The translations under genes and the position numbers were made by a program. Shown in pieces: positions 49,694-58,232 of a stretch of 64,000 nt of DNA. The notes under the pieces were generated by a model. That model was not told the DNA's origin. It searched no databases and was given only the letters and a program-made list of their open reading frames with translations. Origin of the DNA: a candidate division WOR-3 bacterium (GTDB lineage: Bacteria; Hydrothermota; Tepidihabitantia; Tepidihabitantales; Tepidihabitantaceae); the NCBI GenBank assembly GCA_037441285.1, contig JBBISL010000002.1:1-64000 (forward strand). Direction: 5' to 3'. Position 1 is the stretch's first letter, and each line of letters opens with the position of its first letter.

Positions 49694-52445
49694 TAAGCCC
49701 GCCCGATTTTTTATCTCCGGTAATTGATGCCAGCAACTCGCTGGTTAAATTCAAATAGACCTGATAAGACAACTTTTGCTCTAACCCGATAGCGGCCCCG
49801 ACCGTCAAACTGAACGGCACATAGCGAGCAAACACAAAGTCAAAGCGGACCTCGCCACCACCACCGTTGCGCCAGTTTTTAAAGTCAATACACCGTTGAT
49901 TGGTAACTAAACCTGTTTCCAGGAAAAGCGCGCCGTTCACATTGCGAAAGAAAATGGGCAAGGTTCCGATGCCCCGCTCCAGCCAGTAGATGGGCATTCT
50001 GAACTCCAGCCCGGTGACGCCGATATAAGAACCAACCGGAAATGAGTCGGAAAAACCGCGGACCGAAAACAGCCCCGAGCAATTGGACATTTGAAAGGCA
50101 CTAAACCGCGCGCTATCACCAAATGCGCTCCCGAGAGCAATCTTAAATCTCAAACTCCAGGCCGCGGGCGGATTACCAAAATACTCATTCCAGTAACCAG
50201 CGACCCGAACCACATTTCGCCTGGCCAAAATGACTCGGGATTGCGCATCGCTCAATATACCGATTTCCCGACCGCTAACCGGTGCAACATTAAACCGAAA
50301 GGTCTGGCTGTTGTTAAACCCCCAAAAAAGTTCCACCCTCGTGGCTATCAGTGTATCGTAATTGACCGTAATCCCGGTTCCGCTCTGCTGGTACCAATCA
50401 TCACCATAAATCGGAATAACAAAACCCAGCCAGCCCTGCTGCACCCGGGGCGAGATAAACCCTTCAAGGTTGAAATCGGGCAGATAACGCAACAACTCGT
50501 AATTGAATCTGATAAAAGGCGCCTGTTTGCGCACCTGATAACCACCAACAACTGAATAACGGTGGAACTGCAAAACATCCCAGCCTAAGGTAAACGCCCC
50601 AACTTCTAAATCAGGAGCCACCGATAACCAGGGCAACCAGAATCTGGGCATTAAAGTTCCGATTGGGTAGTAGTGATAGAGTTGCGATTGAAAAGAAGCT
50701 GCCGAATACTCTTTTTCCGGGAAAGAATCAACGAAGTCGTCGGCCGGAACCCAATCTTGCGGCCGCAGTGCCATTAAACTTAAATCATAACCATCACTGC
50801 CCAGCCGCACCAGCGCGATTTTTCGGTTGTTGGGTGAAACCGCCGGCTCAAACACCCCACCCAGGACATCAGTACACCGATACAACTGGCGTGATTCAAC
50901 ACCATAGGCATAAAGGTTGAACAAGCCGCTGCGGTCTGATGAGAAAAATAGAAACCTGCCGGTTCTTGACCAGGCGGGAAAGATATCGCTTGCCCGGTCC
51001 GAAGTAATCGGAATGGTCCAGCCGGTCTCAAGGTCAATGATTTCAATGTCTGTATCGCCACCGGGTCGCCACACTTCAACTGCAACCAGCCTGCCACCTG
51101 GTGAAAATCGTGGTCGATGGTAAACTGTGAAGTTTCGGGTCTCAGTAATCTGCCTTTGCGCACCGGTCAAGTAGTTCAATATCATCAGATTACTCTGGCC
51201 AGAACTGTTACTGACATATATCAAAAGCGAATCATTCGGCGCAAAGTCCGGGTCGCAAGCCCGTTCGCCAAAGGTCAATCGCCTTTTCTTACTGGTGGTT
51301 AAATCGAGCAGGAATATGTCGCTCTGCTCCTCGCCGGTGAATTTCCTCACCAACTGGGCAAAAGCCAGATACCGGCCATCAGCCGAAACGCTCAGCCCAC
51401 CGATAACTCTGCCCCGATGTAAAACCCAAGACTCCATCGTTCCGAGATTTAGACACTTTATTGCGGTCTTTTCTCTGCCTGTTCTTGTAATGTAATAAAT
51501 CTCATTGCCATTTCTTGACCAGCAAGGCGCACTTTTGTCATAACCGTCGCTCGTGAGATTGGTGAATAGATTAGTCGAATCCTTGCCCAACTTCTTCTTC
51601 ATTGAATCGGTTCGGGAGATTAAACTATCCTGCCACTCGCGCCAGAGTCGCTTAAAATTCTTACCCAGCATCCTTCTCGCCAGCCGGTTCTCAAAAAATG
51701 GCACCTGTCCTGAATTCTTCCAATTGAACTCTTCCCAGACATTCTCACCCTGTTTTTGAGCGATAAACTTGCAGAACATCCCACCATATAGGTAAGGTGC
51801 CAGACCATCGGGATACCTTTGAAGTTCATAACCATCACACCGGTCAATCTCGAGAAGTTTCTTATCCTGCACCGCCTGATAAATCATCCCCTGCCACTCC
51901 GCACTCCTTAACCTGCCCGAACTGCTGAACCTTGTTTCGTTGTACACCGCATAACCTTCAATCAGCCAGGTCGGCAATAGCGGATTGGGCAAAACCACCC
52001 TGCCGAATATTCGGCTTAACCCGTTGAGAAATCCCCGGCGCTGTTTTAGTTGCAGAATATGAGCATACTCGTGCAGAATCAGCGTCCGGAGCCAGTTGTC
52101 ATCATTGGTCTTAAAATCGTGCGGTGGCGCGGGTAAAATCGTAATCGTATTATAGGGAAAAGGTATCGCCCAGCCATTGTAATCGTCATAAAAGTCGGCA
52201 ACGACAATATGAACCTTTTCTCTGGCCACAACACCGGTCTGCGCCGCAACCGTCATCCGGACCTCTTCTGCAATTTCGGCGACAGTGCGGGCAAATTCAC
52301 TGCGCTCTTCGGTCAACTTCCCTATGCTGGAAAAATGGATTAGAAAATTGTCGGTCTCGAGCGTAAACCAGGAACGCCCCGGGTTAGAGGCAACCGCTGG
52401 GGGCGAAATTATGCCGCAACTAAGAAAAATAATGAAGAGGCTCAT
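49668..52445 (-). CDS. Second metallopeptidase + propeller + Omp85-like barrel protein
   Basis: WFTLETDNFLIHF, HEYAH...WLIEGYA, PD40 repeats, VRGF, LEFRMP. Confidence 0.8.
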   Translation of the reverse strand: MSLFIIFLSCGIISPPAVASNPGRSWFTLETDNFLIHFSSIGKLTEERSEFARTVAEIAEEVRMTVAAQTGVVAREKVHIVVADFYDDYNGWAIPFPYNTITILPAPPHDFKTNDDNWLRTLILHEYAHILQLKQRRGFLNGLSRIFGRVVLPNPLLPTWLIEGYAVYNETRFSSSGRLRSAEWQGMIYQAVQDKKLLEIDRCDGYELQRYPDGLAPYLYGGMFCKFIAQKQGENVWEEFNWKNSGQVPFFENRLARRMLGKNFKRLWREWQDSLISRTDSMKKKLGKDSTNLFTNLTSDGYDKSAPCWSRNGNEIYYITRTGREKTAIKCLNLGTMESWVLHRGRVIGGLSVSADGRYLAFAQLVRKFTGEEQSDIFLLDLTTSKKRRLTFGERACDPDFAPNDSLLIYVSNSSGQSNLMILNYLTGAQRQITETRNFTVYHRPRFSPGGRLVAVEVWRPGGDTDIEIIDLETGWTIPITSDRASDIFPAWSRTGRFLFFSSDRSGLFNLYAYGVESRQLYRCTDVLGGVFEPAVSPNNRKIALVRLGSDGYDLSLMALRPQDWVPADDFVDSFPEKEYSAASFQSQLYHYYPIGTLMPRFWLPWLSVAPDLEVGAFTLGWDVLQFHRYSVVGGYQVRKQAPFIRFNYELLRYLPDFNLEGFISPRVQQGWLGFVIPIYGDDWYQQSGTGITVNYDTLIATRVELFWGFNNSQTFRFNVAPVSGREIGILSDAQSRVILARRNVVRVAGYWNEYFGNPPAAWSLRFKIALGSAFGDSARFSAFQMSNCSGLFSVRGFSDSFPVGSYIGVTGLEFRMPIYWLERGIGTLPIFFRNVNGALFLETGLVTNQRCIDFKNWRNGGGGEVRFDFVFARYVPFSLTVGAAIGLEQKLSYQVYLNLTSELLASITGDKKSGGLITRRRLDI

Positions 52446-53602
52446 TGGGGCAACGCAAACAGTCTTTTCAATAGGATGGTGGCATAGGCTCCAGCCGGCA
52501 GGACAAATGAAACCCGCACCTTACTTTTACCCGGGTACACCTCGTCGGGTTCAGGTTCCGTTGCCATTAGATGCTCGGGCTGCACCATTACCACTCGTTC
52601 ATAAGGTTTGAAATATACCCCGCGAATTCGTACCTTCAGTTTCATCTTTTCCGGCTCCACTCCCTCGCGCTTTAAAACCTCCTGAAAAACCCGCGCCACC
52701 CGTTCACTTTTGAACTCCGGTTTGGGCGCCGGTGCCGGAATTACCAGCCGCCCGAGATAGCGCAAGTCTGAAGGCGAAAGTCTTTCATAAAACACCAGGC
52801 GACCAAACCCATAAGGGACGGAAAGTCTTGCCAACCCCATATCCTCCAGCAACGATTTCGCTATCTCATTCCACAACCAGCCCTGATAAGCATTGATGAA
52901 CAACTCCAGCATCGCCCGGGGAACTTTACGAACTGCGCCCGCAAAATCCTTTGGATGTTCAATCAGGTACTTAAAAATCGGCTTCGTCTCGAAATTAGCC
53001 ACCTCCCAGCATTTTTGCCAGTTGCCCCAGTTCGCTTGAATCGTCCGCTTCTGTCGTCGGGTTGTTGAGTCGTCCGCACCGCTTGGTGTTGCCAGATACA
53101 GTTTTAACGCGCCGTTGTAATGTCCGACAATCAGTTTTTGGGCAATAAACCCCTGTTTGTGCCGGGCAGAACCAAATCGCTGCTCATCATAGTAATTGAC
53201 AAAACCAAACTGCCGCACCAGTGGCAACGCTTCTTGCAACCGGGCCAACTCCCAATCCTCCAAACAACGAATCACAATCTCAAACCGATTTCCAATCAGC
53301 GAATCCCGGGAAATTGGTTCATCCGCCATACCAACCATAATCAGCGAGTAGTTATCGGCTATCACCCGTTTTGGACCTTTGCCCGGTATCGTTAGATACT
53401 GAATTGAAAAGGAGTGGCGGTCTTTTAAACCGGCGCGTGCCACCGCTGGAAATCGGTACTTCAGTTGCAGTTGCCGGATGACATCAAGCGTATTCCAGTG
53501 CCTTTTTTCCAGTCGATAAACTGTATATGCCCCGCGCGGTTTAATCTTTAACCGGATTAACTCCTCAACCCGAAAATCGTCTGGCTGGCATTTTATCTTC
53601 AT
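52442..53602 (-). CDS. truD: tRNA pseudouridine(13) synthase TruD
   Basis: PDDFRVEE, AGLKDR, GNRF, NYYDEQRFG, LPAGAYAT; ATG 53602 overlaps the upstream TGA. Confidence 0.93.
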   Translation of the reverse strand: MKIKCQPDDFRVEELIRLKIKPRGAYTVYRLEKRHWNTLDVIRQLQLKYRFPAVARAGLKDRHSFSIQYLTIPGKGPKRVIADNYSLIMVGMADEPISRDSLIGNRFEIVIRCLEDWELARLQEALPLVRQFGFVNYYDEQRFGSARHKQGFIAQKLIVGHYNGALKLYLATPSGADDSTTRRQKRTIQANWGNWQKCWEVANFETKPIFKYLIEHPKDFAGAVRKVPRAMLELFINAYQGWLWNEIAKSLLEDMGLARLSVPYGFGRLVFYERLSPSDLRYLGRLVIPAPAPKPEFKSERVARVFQEVLKREGVEPEKMKLKVRIRGVYFKPYERVVMVQPEHLMATEPEPDEVYPGKSKVRVSFVLPAGAYATILLKRLFALPQ

Positions 53603-53877
53603 CAACGAAGGTTGCGAACCATTAAGATAACCCCTAATATAATAAAGATGCCTCCGGCGCCGAGATGAACCCAGCGCGTGGGAATGATGTGGGCAAGGCT
53701 GGAACCAACCAACGCCGCCAGCAAAGAGGTCAAAATCAATGCCAAAGCGCTCCCCAAAAACACACTCAAAAATGAGTTGAACCCGGCGGCAAACGACAGG
53801 GTAGCAATCTGAGTTTTGTCCCCTAACTCAGCCAGAAAAACCGCAACAAAAGTAGTTAAAAATGCCTTCCACTCCAT
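53602..53877 (-). CDS. Single-domain UPF0016/GDT1/TMEM165 cation transporter
   Basis: FLAELGDKTQ motif, three TM helices. Confidence 0.9.
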   Translation of the reverse strand: MEWKAFLTTFVAVFLAELGDKTQIATLSFAAGFNSFLSVFLGSALALILTSLLAALVGSSLAHIIPTRWVHLGAGGIFIILGVILMVRNLR

Positions 53878-53878
53878 C

Positions 53879-54799
53879 TTACACCCCCGTTCCCAGCCGT
53901 TCGATATCGGTTGCCTTTCCCAGTGAGGTCACGACAAACTCCCGGTCAATTCGCTTTGCCAGACCAGCAAGAACCTGACCCGGCCCTAACTCCAGAAATC
54001 TTTTACAGCCCAGCGACTTTGCCGTCTCCATTATACTGACCCAGCGCACCGGCGAGATAAGCTGCCGCCGCAGATTTTGCCGAACCTCATTACCATCAGT
54101 TGTTGCCTTACCGGTAACATTCATTATTACCGGGAAGGTAGGCGGTTTAATCTCAAACTGTTCAAGATAATCGGCAAAATCTTTTGCCGACTCTTCAAGC
54201 AGCGGTGAATGAAACGCACCCGAGACCTGAAGCGCCACGACCTTCAAAGCCCCCTTACTCTTTGCCCGTTCCATCGCCCTTTGAACCGCATCTGGCTCTC
54301 CCGAAATTACCGTCTGTCTCGGTTCATTGTAATTGGCACAAACGACAACCCCAGCCGCCTCCTGACAGATACTTTCTACCGTTGCGGCGTCGAGCCCGAT
54401 AATCGCCGCCATCGCGCCCGGTCTTTTTTCTCCCTCAGCAAACATCAGCTCGGCACGACGCTTTACAATCTTCATCACCGAATCAAAATCAAAACAACCC
54501 GCCGCATAAAGCGCCGAATATTCACCCAGCGAATGGCCCGCAGCACACATCGGTTTTAACTCCGGCAAAATGGCACAAACTGCAATTGAATGGGTAAGAA
54601 TTGCCGGTTGTGTATAACGGGTTTGCCGCAACACCTCCTCCGGACCCTCAAAGGAAATTTTTTTAATCGGCAACTCTAAAACATCCTCTGCCCGGTCGTA
54701 AACATCACGAACCGCGGCAAACCGTTCATAAAGGTCTAACCCCATACCAACATACTGGGCTCCCTGTCCGGGAAACAGAAATCCAACAGTATCGTTCAT
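53879..54799 (-). CDS. fabD: Malonyl-CoA:ACP transacylase
   Basis: FPGQGAQ, TQPAI, GHSLGEY, SGAFHS, ELGPG. Confidence 0.96.
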   Translation of the reverse strand: MNDTVGFLFPGQGAQYVGMGLDLYERFAAVRDVYDRAEDVLELPIKKISFEGPEEVLRQTRYTQPAILTHSIAVCAILPELKPMCAAGHSLGEYSALYAAGCFDFDSVMKIVKRRAELMFAEGEKRPGAMAAIIGLDAATVESICQEAAGVVVCANYNEPRQTVISGEPDAVQRAMERAKSKGALKVVALQVSGAFHSPLLEESAKDFADYLEQFEIKPPTFPVIMNVTGKATTDGNEVRQNLRRQLISPVRWVSIMETAKSLGCKRFLELGPGQVLAGLAKRIDREFVVTSLGKATDIERLGTGV

Positions 54800-54859
54800 A
54801 GCAACTCCTTTCGCTCTATATTATCCGTAATGCTACTCATAAATACCGGTTCGTCAAAG

Positions 54860-54884
54860 CCAGAACGCCGCAAAAGCGTTCCGG
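54860..54884 (-). terminator. Stem-loop immediately after the last gene of the TonB/PorV operon
   Basis: CCGGAACGCT-TTTGC-GGCGTTCTGG followed by CTTTG; weak U-tract. Confidence 0.4.
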
Positions 54885-55766
54885 TTAGATGATATGAATT
54901 TCTACTTTGGAGTGTTTGGGTTGGAGCCCGGGTATAAACCTTGGTGCAACCTTCAATGCCCCCTTGGGCAAAACTATCCGGCGGGCAAGCTCCTGCTCAA
55001 TCACCTGGCACCGGTCGCTGGAGAGCTTCTCCTTTTCCGAATATACATAAACGACAACCTCTTTCTTGAACCGCTCTTTTATCACATTCGCAATCTCATC
55101 GAGTCTTGCTTCCGCCTCTTTAATCAGTTGCGCGCTTTCCGCGTTAAACAGCTGGTCCGCCGCCCCAGAAACAACCCACTCCTGCTTTTCCTTCCAGACT
55201 ACGGCGTTAATCCGCTGGGGCTCACATTGAATCCGGGTCTGATTACCCTGGGCATCGTAGGCGTTAAATGTGAAACTGTAAACATCACCGGTTGCTATCG
55301 GCTCACCCTTATCCGTTTTCCCATCCCAGGTTATCACCGCTGGTGGCTGCCCTTTTTCGCGCACCCGTCGGACCGTTTCCCCTAACGAATTCGCTATTAC
55401 CAATTCCCAGGTTGCAACCCGATGTTCGAACGACGGTAAAAACACCAGAATTTCACCATAGATAAAACTTTTCTCCACCGGCACTCGCAAGAAAGATGAG
55501 TGGATAAAATGGTGCGGCACAGTGAGCGAATCAACCGCCTTGAACAATCCCTCATCAAACACATAACTCTCCGGTGTCAGAAGGTCGTTAATCGGACCCC
55601 AGGGGTCAAGCTGGGGCGGGAAGAAAAACTTCTGGTCCTGAATCTTAACCTCGGTCTCACCAACAATGACCTCTTCGCCAATTGTATGGCTATTTGCCGG
55701 CTTACGCTGCTGCACCGTATCCTCAGTTTGACTCAGAAGAAAGTATGCCAATATAAAAAACATCAT
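54885..55766 (-). CDS. Exported protein with FlgD-like Ig domain and degenerate OmpA-C domain
   Basis: WELVIANSLGETVR...ITWDGKTDKGE...YSF...DAQGN, then LFNAESAQL...LDEIA...LSSDRC...KVEI. Confidence 0.7.
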   Translation of the reverse strand: MMFFILAYFLLSQTEDTVQQRKPANSHTIGEEVIVGETEVKIQDQKFFFPPQLDPWGPINDLLTPESYVFDEGLFKAVDSLTVPHHFIHSSFLRVPVEKSFIYGEILVFLPSFEHRVATWELVIANSLGETVRRVREKGQPPAVITWDGKTDKGEPIATGDVYSFTFNAYDAQGNQTRIQCEPQRINAVVWKEKQEWVVSGAADQLFNAESAQLIKEAEARLDEIANVIKERFKKEVVVYVYSEKEKLSSDRCQVIEQELARRIVLPKGALKVAPRFIPGLQPKHSKVEIHII

Positions 55767-55777
55767 ATCAACTCAGG

Positions 55778-56698
55778 TTAAGACAGTTGAAAGATAAATG
55801 TAATATCACCCCACTGGTCTTCCGATTTTACTCCGGGACCAAGTGGCGCAAACTCCCACTCCCGAACCGCATTTACGACCACCTGGTCAAGGTCAGGATA
55901 ACCCGAACTGCAAAGTACCTGGGGCATCCCCTTCACTTTTCCGTTGGGCATTACCCAGATACGCACCGTAACGGTGCCGCTTATCCGCTGGTCCAGCGCC
56001 CACTTCGGGTACTTCGGCTTAACCTTATTGACAATCTCCCGCTGGGATATGGGCCCGGCAATTTGAAAACTTGTTCCCTTGGTAACCGGTGCCGCGATTG
56101 TCGGCTGACTCTGAGGTGCCAACTGGGGCAATGCCGGTGCGGTTGATGGTTTGGACAAGGGCCGATGCTCAATCGTAAGTTGGGGTTGCGCCTGCGGCTG
56201 GGGAACCCCGGGAACCCCCCGAAGTCCGGAACCGCTACCCGCACTGCCAGGACCCTTGGTTAGAGCAATCGGTGCCTGAGCCAGAATCTCCTCGGTTGTC
56301 TGGGATGAGCCCTTGCCCCCGATGCGAATCACATCCATCTCACCGTCTCTTGCCAGTTCATACCGGTCCAGCTCAATCTTTGCCTGTGAGGTTGAACGTT
56401 CCAGTGTTGCCGTCATATCCAGCGGTGCCACTTCTTCGGCTGCCACGCCTGAAGCGTAGGTCGCGGTCGCACCTTCAGAAATTTCACCACCGCCGCCTCC
56501 AGTTGGTGCCGGATTTGAAGCCACAACTTTCGCCACTTCGGGTCGGTAAGTAACATCCATAAAACTTACTTCTTGCAAATCGAGACCGGAACTGGTTGCA
56601 GGCCGGGAACGGGAGAACAAGATTATGCCCGACAGGTGAAGCACCGCTGAAATTAGTAGCGTAATTTCCAGTGTCCAGTTGCGGCGCTCAGCAAACAT
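55778..56698 (-). CDS. TonB-family energy transducer
   Basis: TM helix with SAVLH, Pro/Gly-rich linker, PKYPKWA...GTVTV...SSGYPDLD...WEFAP C-terminal domain. Confidence 0.9.
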   Translation of the reverse strand: MFAERRNWTLEITLLISAVLHLSGIILFSRSRPATSSGLDLQEVSFMDVTYRPEVAKVVASNPAPTGGGGGEISEGATATYASGVAAEEVAPLDMTATLERSTSQAKIELDRYELARDGEMDVIRIGGKGSSQTTEEILAQAPIALTKGPGSAGSGSGLRGVPGVPQPQAQPQLTIEHRPLSKPSTAPALPQLAPQSQPTIAAPVTKGTSFQIAGPISQREIVNKVKPKYPKWALDQRISGTVTVRIWVMPNGKVKGMPQVLCSSGYPDLDQVVVNAVREWEFAPLGPGVKSEDQWGDITFIFQLS

Positions 56699-57100
56699 TT
56701 ATCCCCCCTGGGCAATTTTTTTAGTTGCACAGGCGATGCGCGAGGCACCCGCCCGACGGGCACAGGCGAGAATGTCAAGAACCGATGAATGGAGGCACTC
56801 TTTATCCGCCCTTACCACCACAAGCACATAAGGGTCACGGGCAATCTCGGTCGAAATCCGGCTGTACAACTCATCAAAATCAGCAACCGGTTCATCGTTG
56901 AAATAAAGACGCCCATCCGCGGTATAGGTAATGGTAACATCGTTTTCTGTTTTTCGTTCCGCGGTATGAGTTTGCGGCACATCCACCGGCGTGGAATTGT
57001 GGGTCAAAACCATCGGCGCCACCATCATCATAACCAGGACAAGAATTAACCCTACACAAGCCATCGGTAGAATGTCGAGGTTAGGTGCTTCCTTTTTCAT
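56699..57100 (-). CDS. ExbD/TolR-family protein lacking the conserved TM Asp
   Basis: LDILPMACVGLILVLVMMMVAP, VDVPQ, VRADK, AGASRI. Confidence 0.85.
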   Translation of the reverse strand: MKKEAPNLDILPMACVGLILVLVMMMVAPMVLTHNSTPVDVPQTHTAERKTENDVTITYTADGRLYFNDEPVADFDELYSRISTEIARDPYVLVVVRADKECLHSSVLDILACARRAGASRIACATKKIAQGG

Positions 57101-57516
57101 TTGACCCTCCTTGTCCTTAAAAGCGCAACATCAGCCGCACCACATTGTTTCGCCAGGTCAAGGACCTGCATCACCCGGTCATATTTAACCTGCTCCTCAG
57201 CCGCAACGATGACGCGCCGTTCTACACTCCGCTGTAACAAGCGCGGCAACAGCTCTGAGAGATTTTCGTAAGACACCTGGGCTTCATTCAAAATTATCCG
57301 GCCATCGTTGGTAATCAAAATATTCGCCTTGATATCCGAACCCGGTTCATTCGCTGCCGCGCGTGCCGCACCTGGTGCCGAAACGAAAATACCGGACTCA
57401 AAGAAAATCGGCATTGAAACGATAAAGGCAATAACCAGGGAAAGCGCAATATCTACCAGCGAATTTAATATCAACCCCGCATTGCGATACGATTCAACCC
57501 TAATCCGGCGTCGCAT
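57097..57516 (-). CDS. ExbD/TolR-family protein with TM Asp
   Basis: NSLVDIALSLVIAFIV, VKYDRVMQVLDLAKQCG. Confidence 0.9.
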   Translation of the reverse strand: MRRRIRVESYRNAGLILNSLVDIALSLVIAFIVSMPIFFESGIFVSAPGAARAAANEPGSDIKANILITNDGRIILNEAQVSYENLSELLPRLLQRSVERRVIVAAEEQVKYDRVMQVLDLAKQCGAADVALLRTRRVK

Positions 57517-58232
57517 TAGAACTTCCAGGTTGTATCCTCGCTAACCTCAGACTGTACCACCGAAGGAGATGGCACCGGTTTTGTTTCCACAGGCCGCTCG
57601 ATGCGCTGCGGTTGCTTGTATCCACCCAGCATCACTACCAGCCGTTCGGCAACACTTTCCAGCGCCATTGTCAGGTCCGAAGACTTTTTGGAAAAGTAGT
57701 TGTAAAAGAACAGTACCGGAATCCCGATGAAAAGCCCGAAGGCGGTGGTTAACAAAGCCTCGGCAATCCCTTTGGATACGACCGCTGGTCCCCCTGAACC
57801 GGTAAGAGCGATATTACCAAAGGCTCCAATTAGACCGGTAACTGTTCCCAAAAGCCCAAGCAGTGTTGCCGCATTCGCCAGTGTGCCCATACCCCCTAAT
57901 AGCCGCTCATAACGAATCCGCTCTTCAAGGATCAGGCTGTAGAGCAAATCCGATAGTTCCTCCCCGCTCAGCGTATGATTTTCTAACGCCACCACAAACA
58001 GCCGCCCCAAGGGATTGTTCTGCCTTTTACTCCAATCAAGAGCTTGACTCAGTCCGCTTTGCGCCAGAATGCGTCGCAACTCCGCAAGCCCTTTTGCCGG
58101 GTTAAACCTATTGCGTGTAAAATACCAGAACCGCTCAAGAATCAGTGCCAGCGCTAAAATTGATGTAACCAGCAGAATCACCATTACCAAACTGCTTTTG
58201 AAAATCTGAACTATACTCTGACCCATTATCAT
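57516..58232 (-). CDS. MotA/TolQ/ExbB proton channel protein
   Basis: ILER, LLGLLGTVTGLI.AF, GIAEALLTTAFGL.IGIP..FFYN. Confidence 0.93.
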   Translation of the reverse strand: MIMGQSIVQIFKSSLVMVILLVTSILALALILERFWYFTRNRFNPAKGLAELRRILAQSGLSQALDWSKRQNNPLGRLFVVALENHTLSGEELSDLLYSLILEERIRYERLLGGMGTLANAATLLGLLGTVTGLIGAFGNIALTGSGGPAVVSKGIAEALLTTAFGLFIGIPVLFFYNYFSKKSSDLTMALESVAERLVVMLGGYKQPQRIERPVETKPVPSPSVVQSEVSEDTTWKF

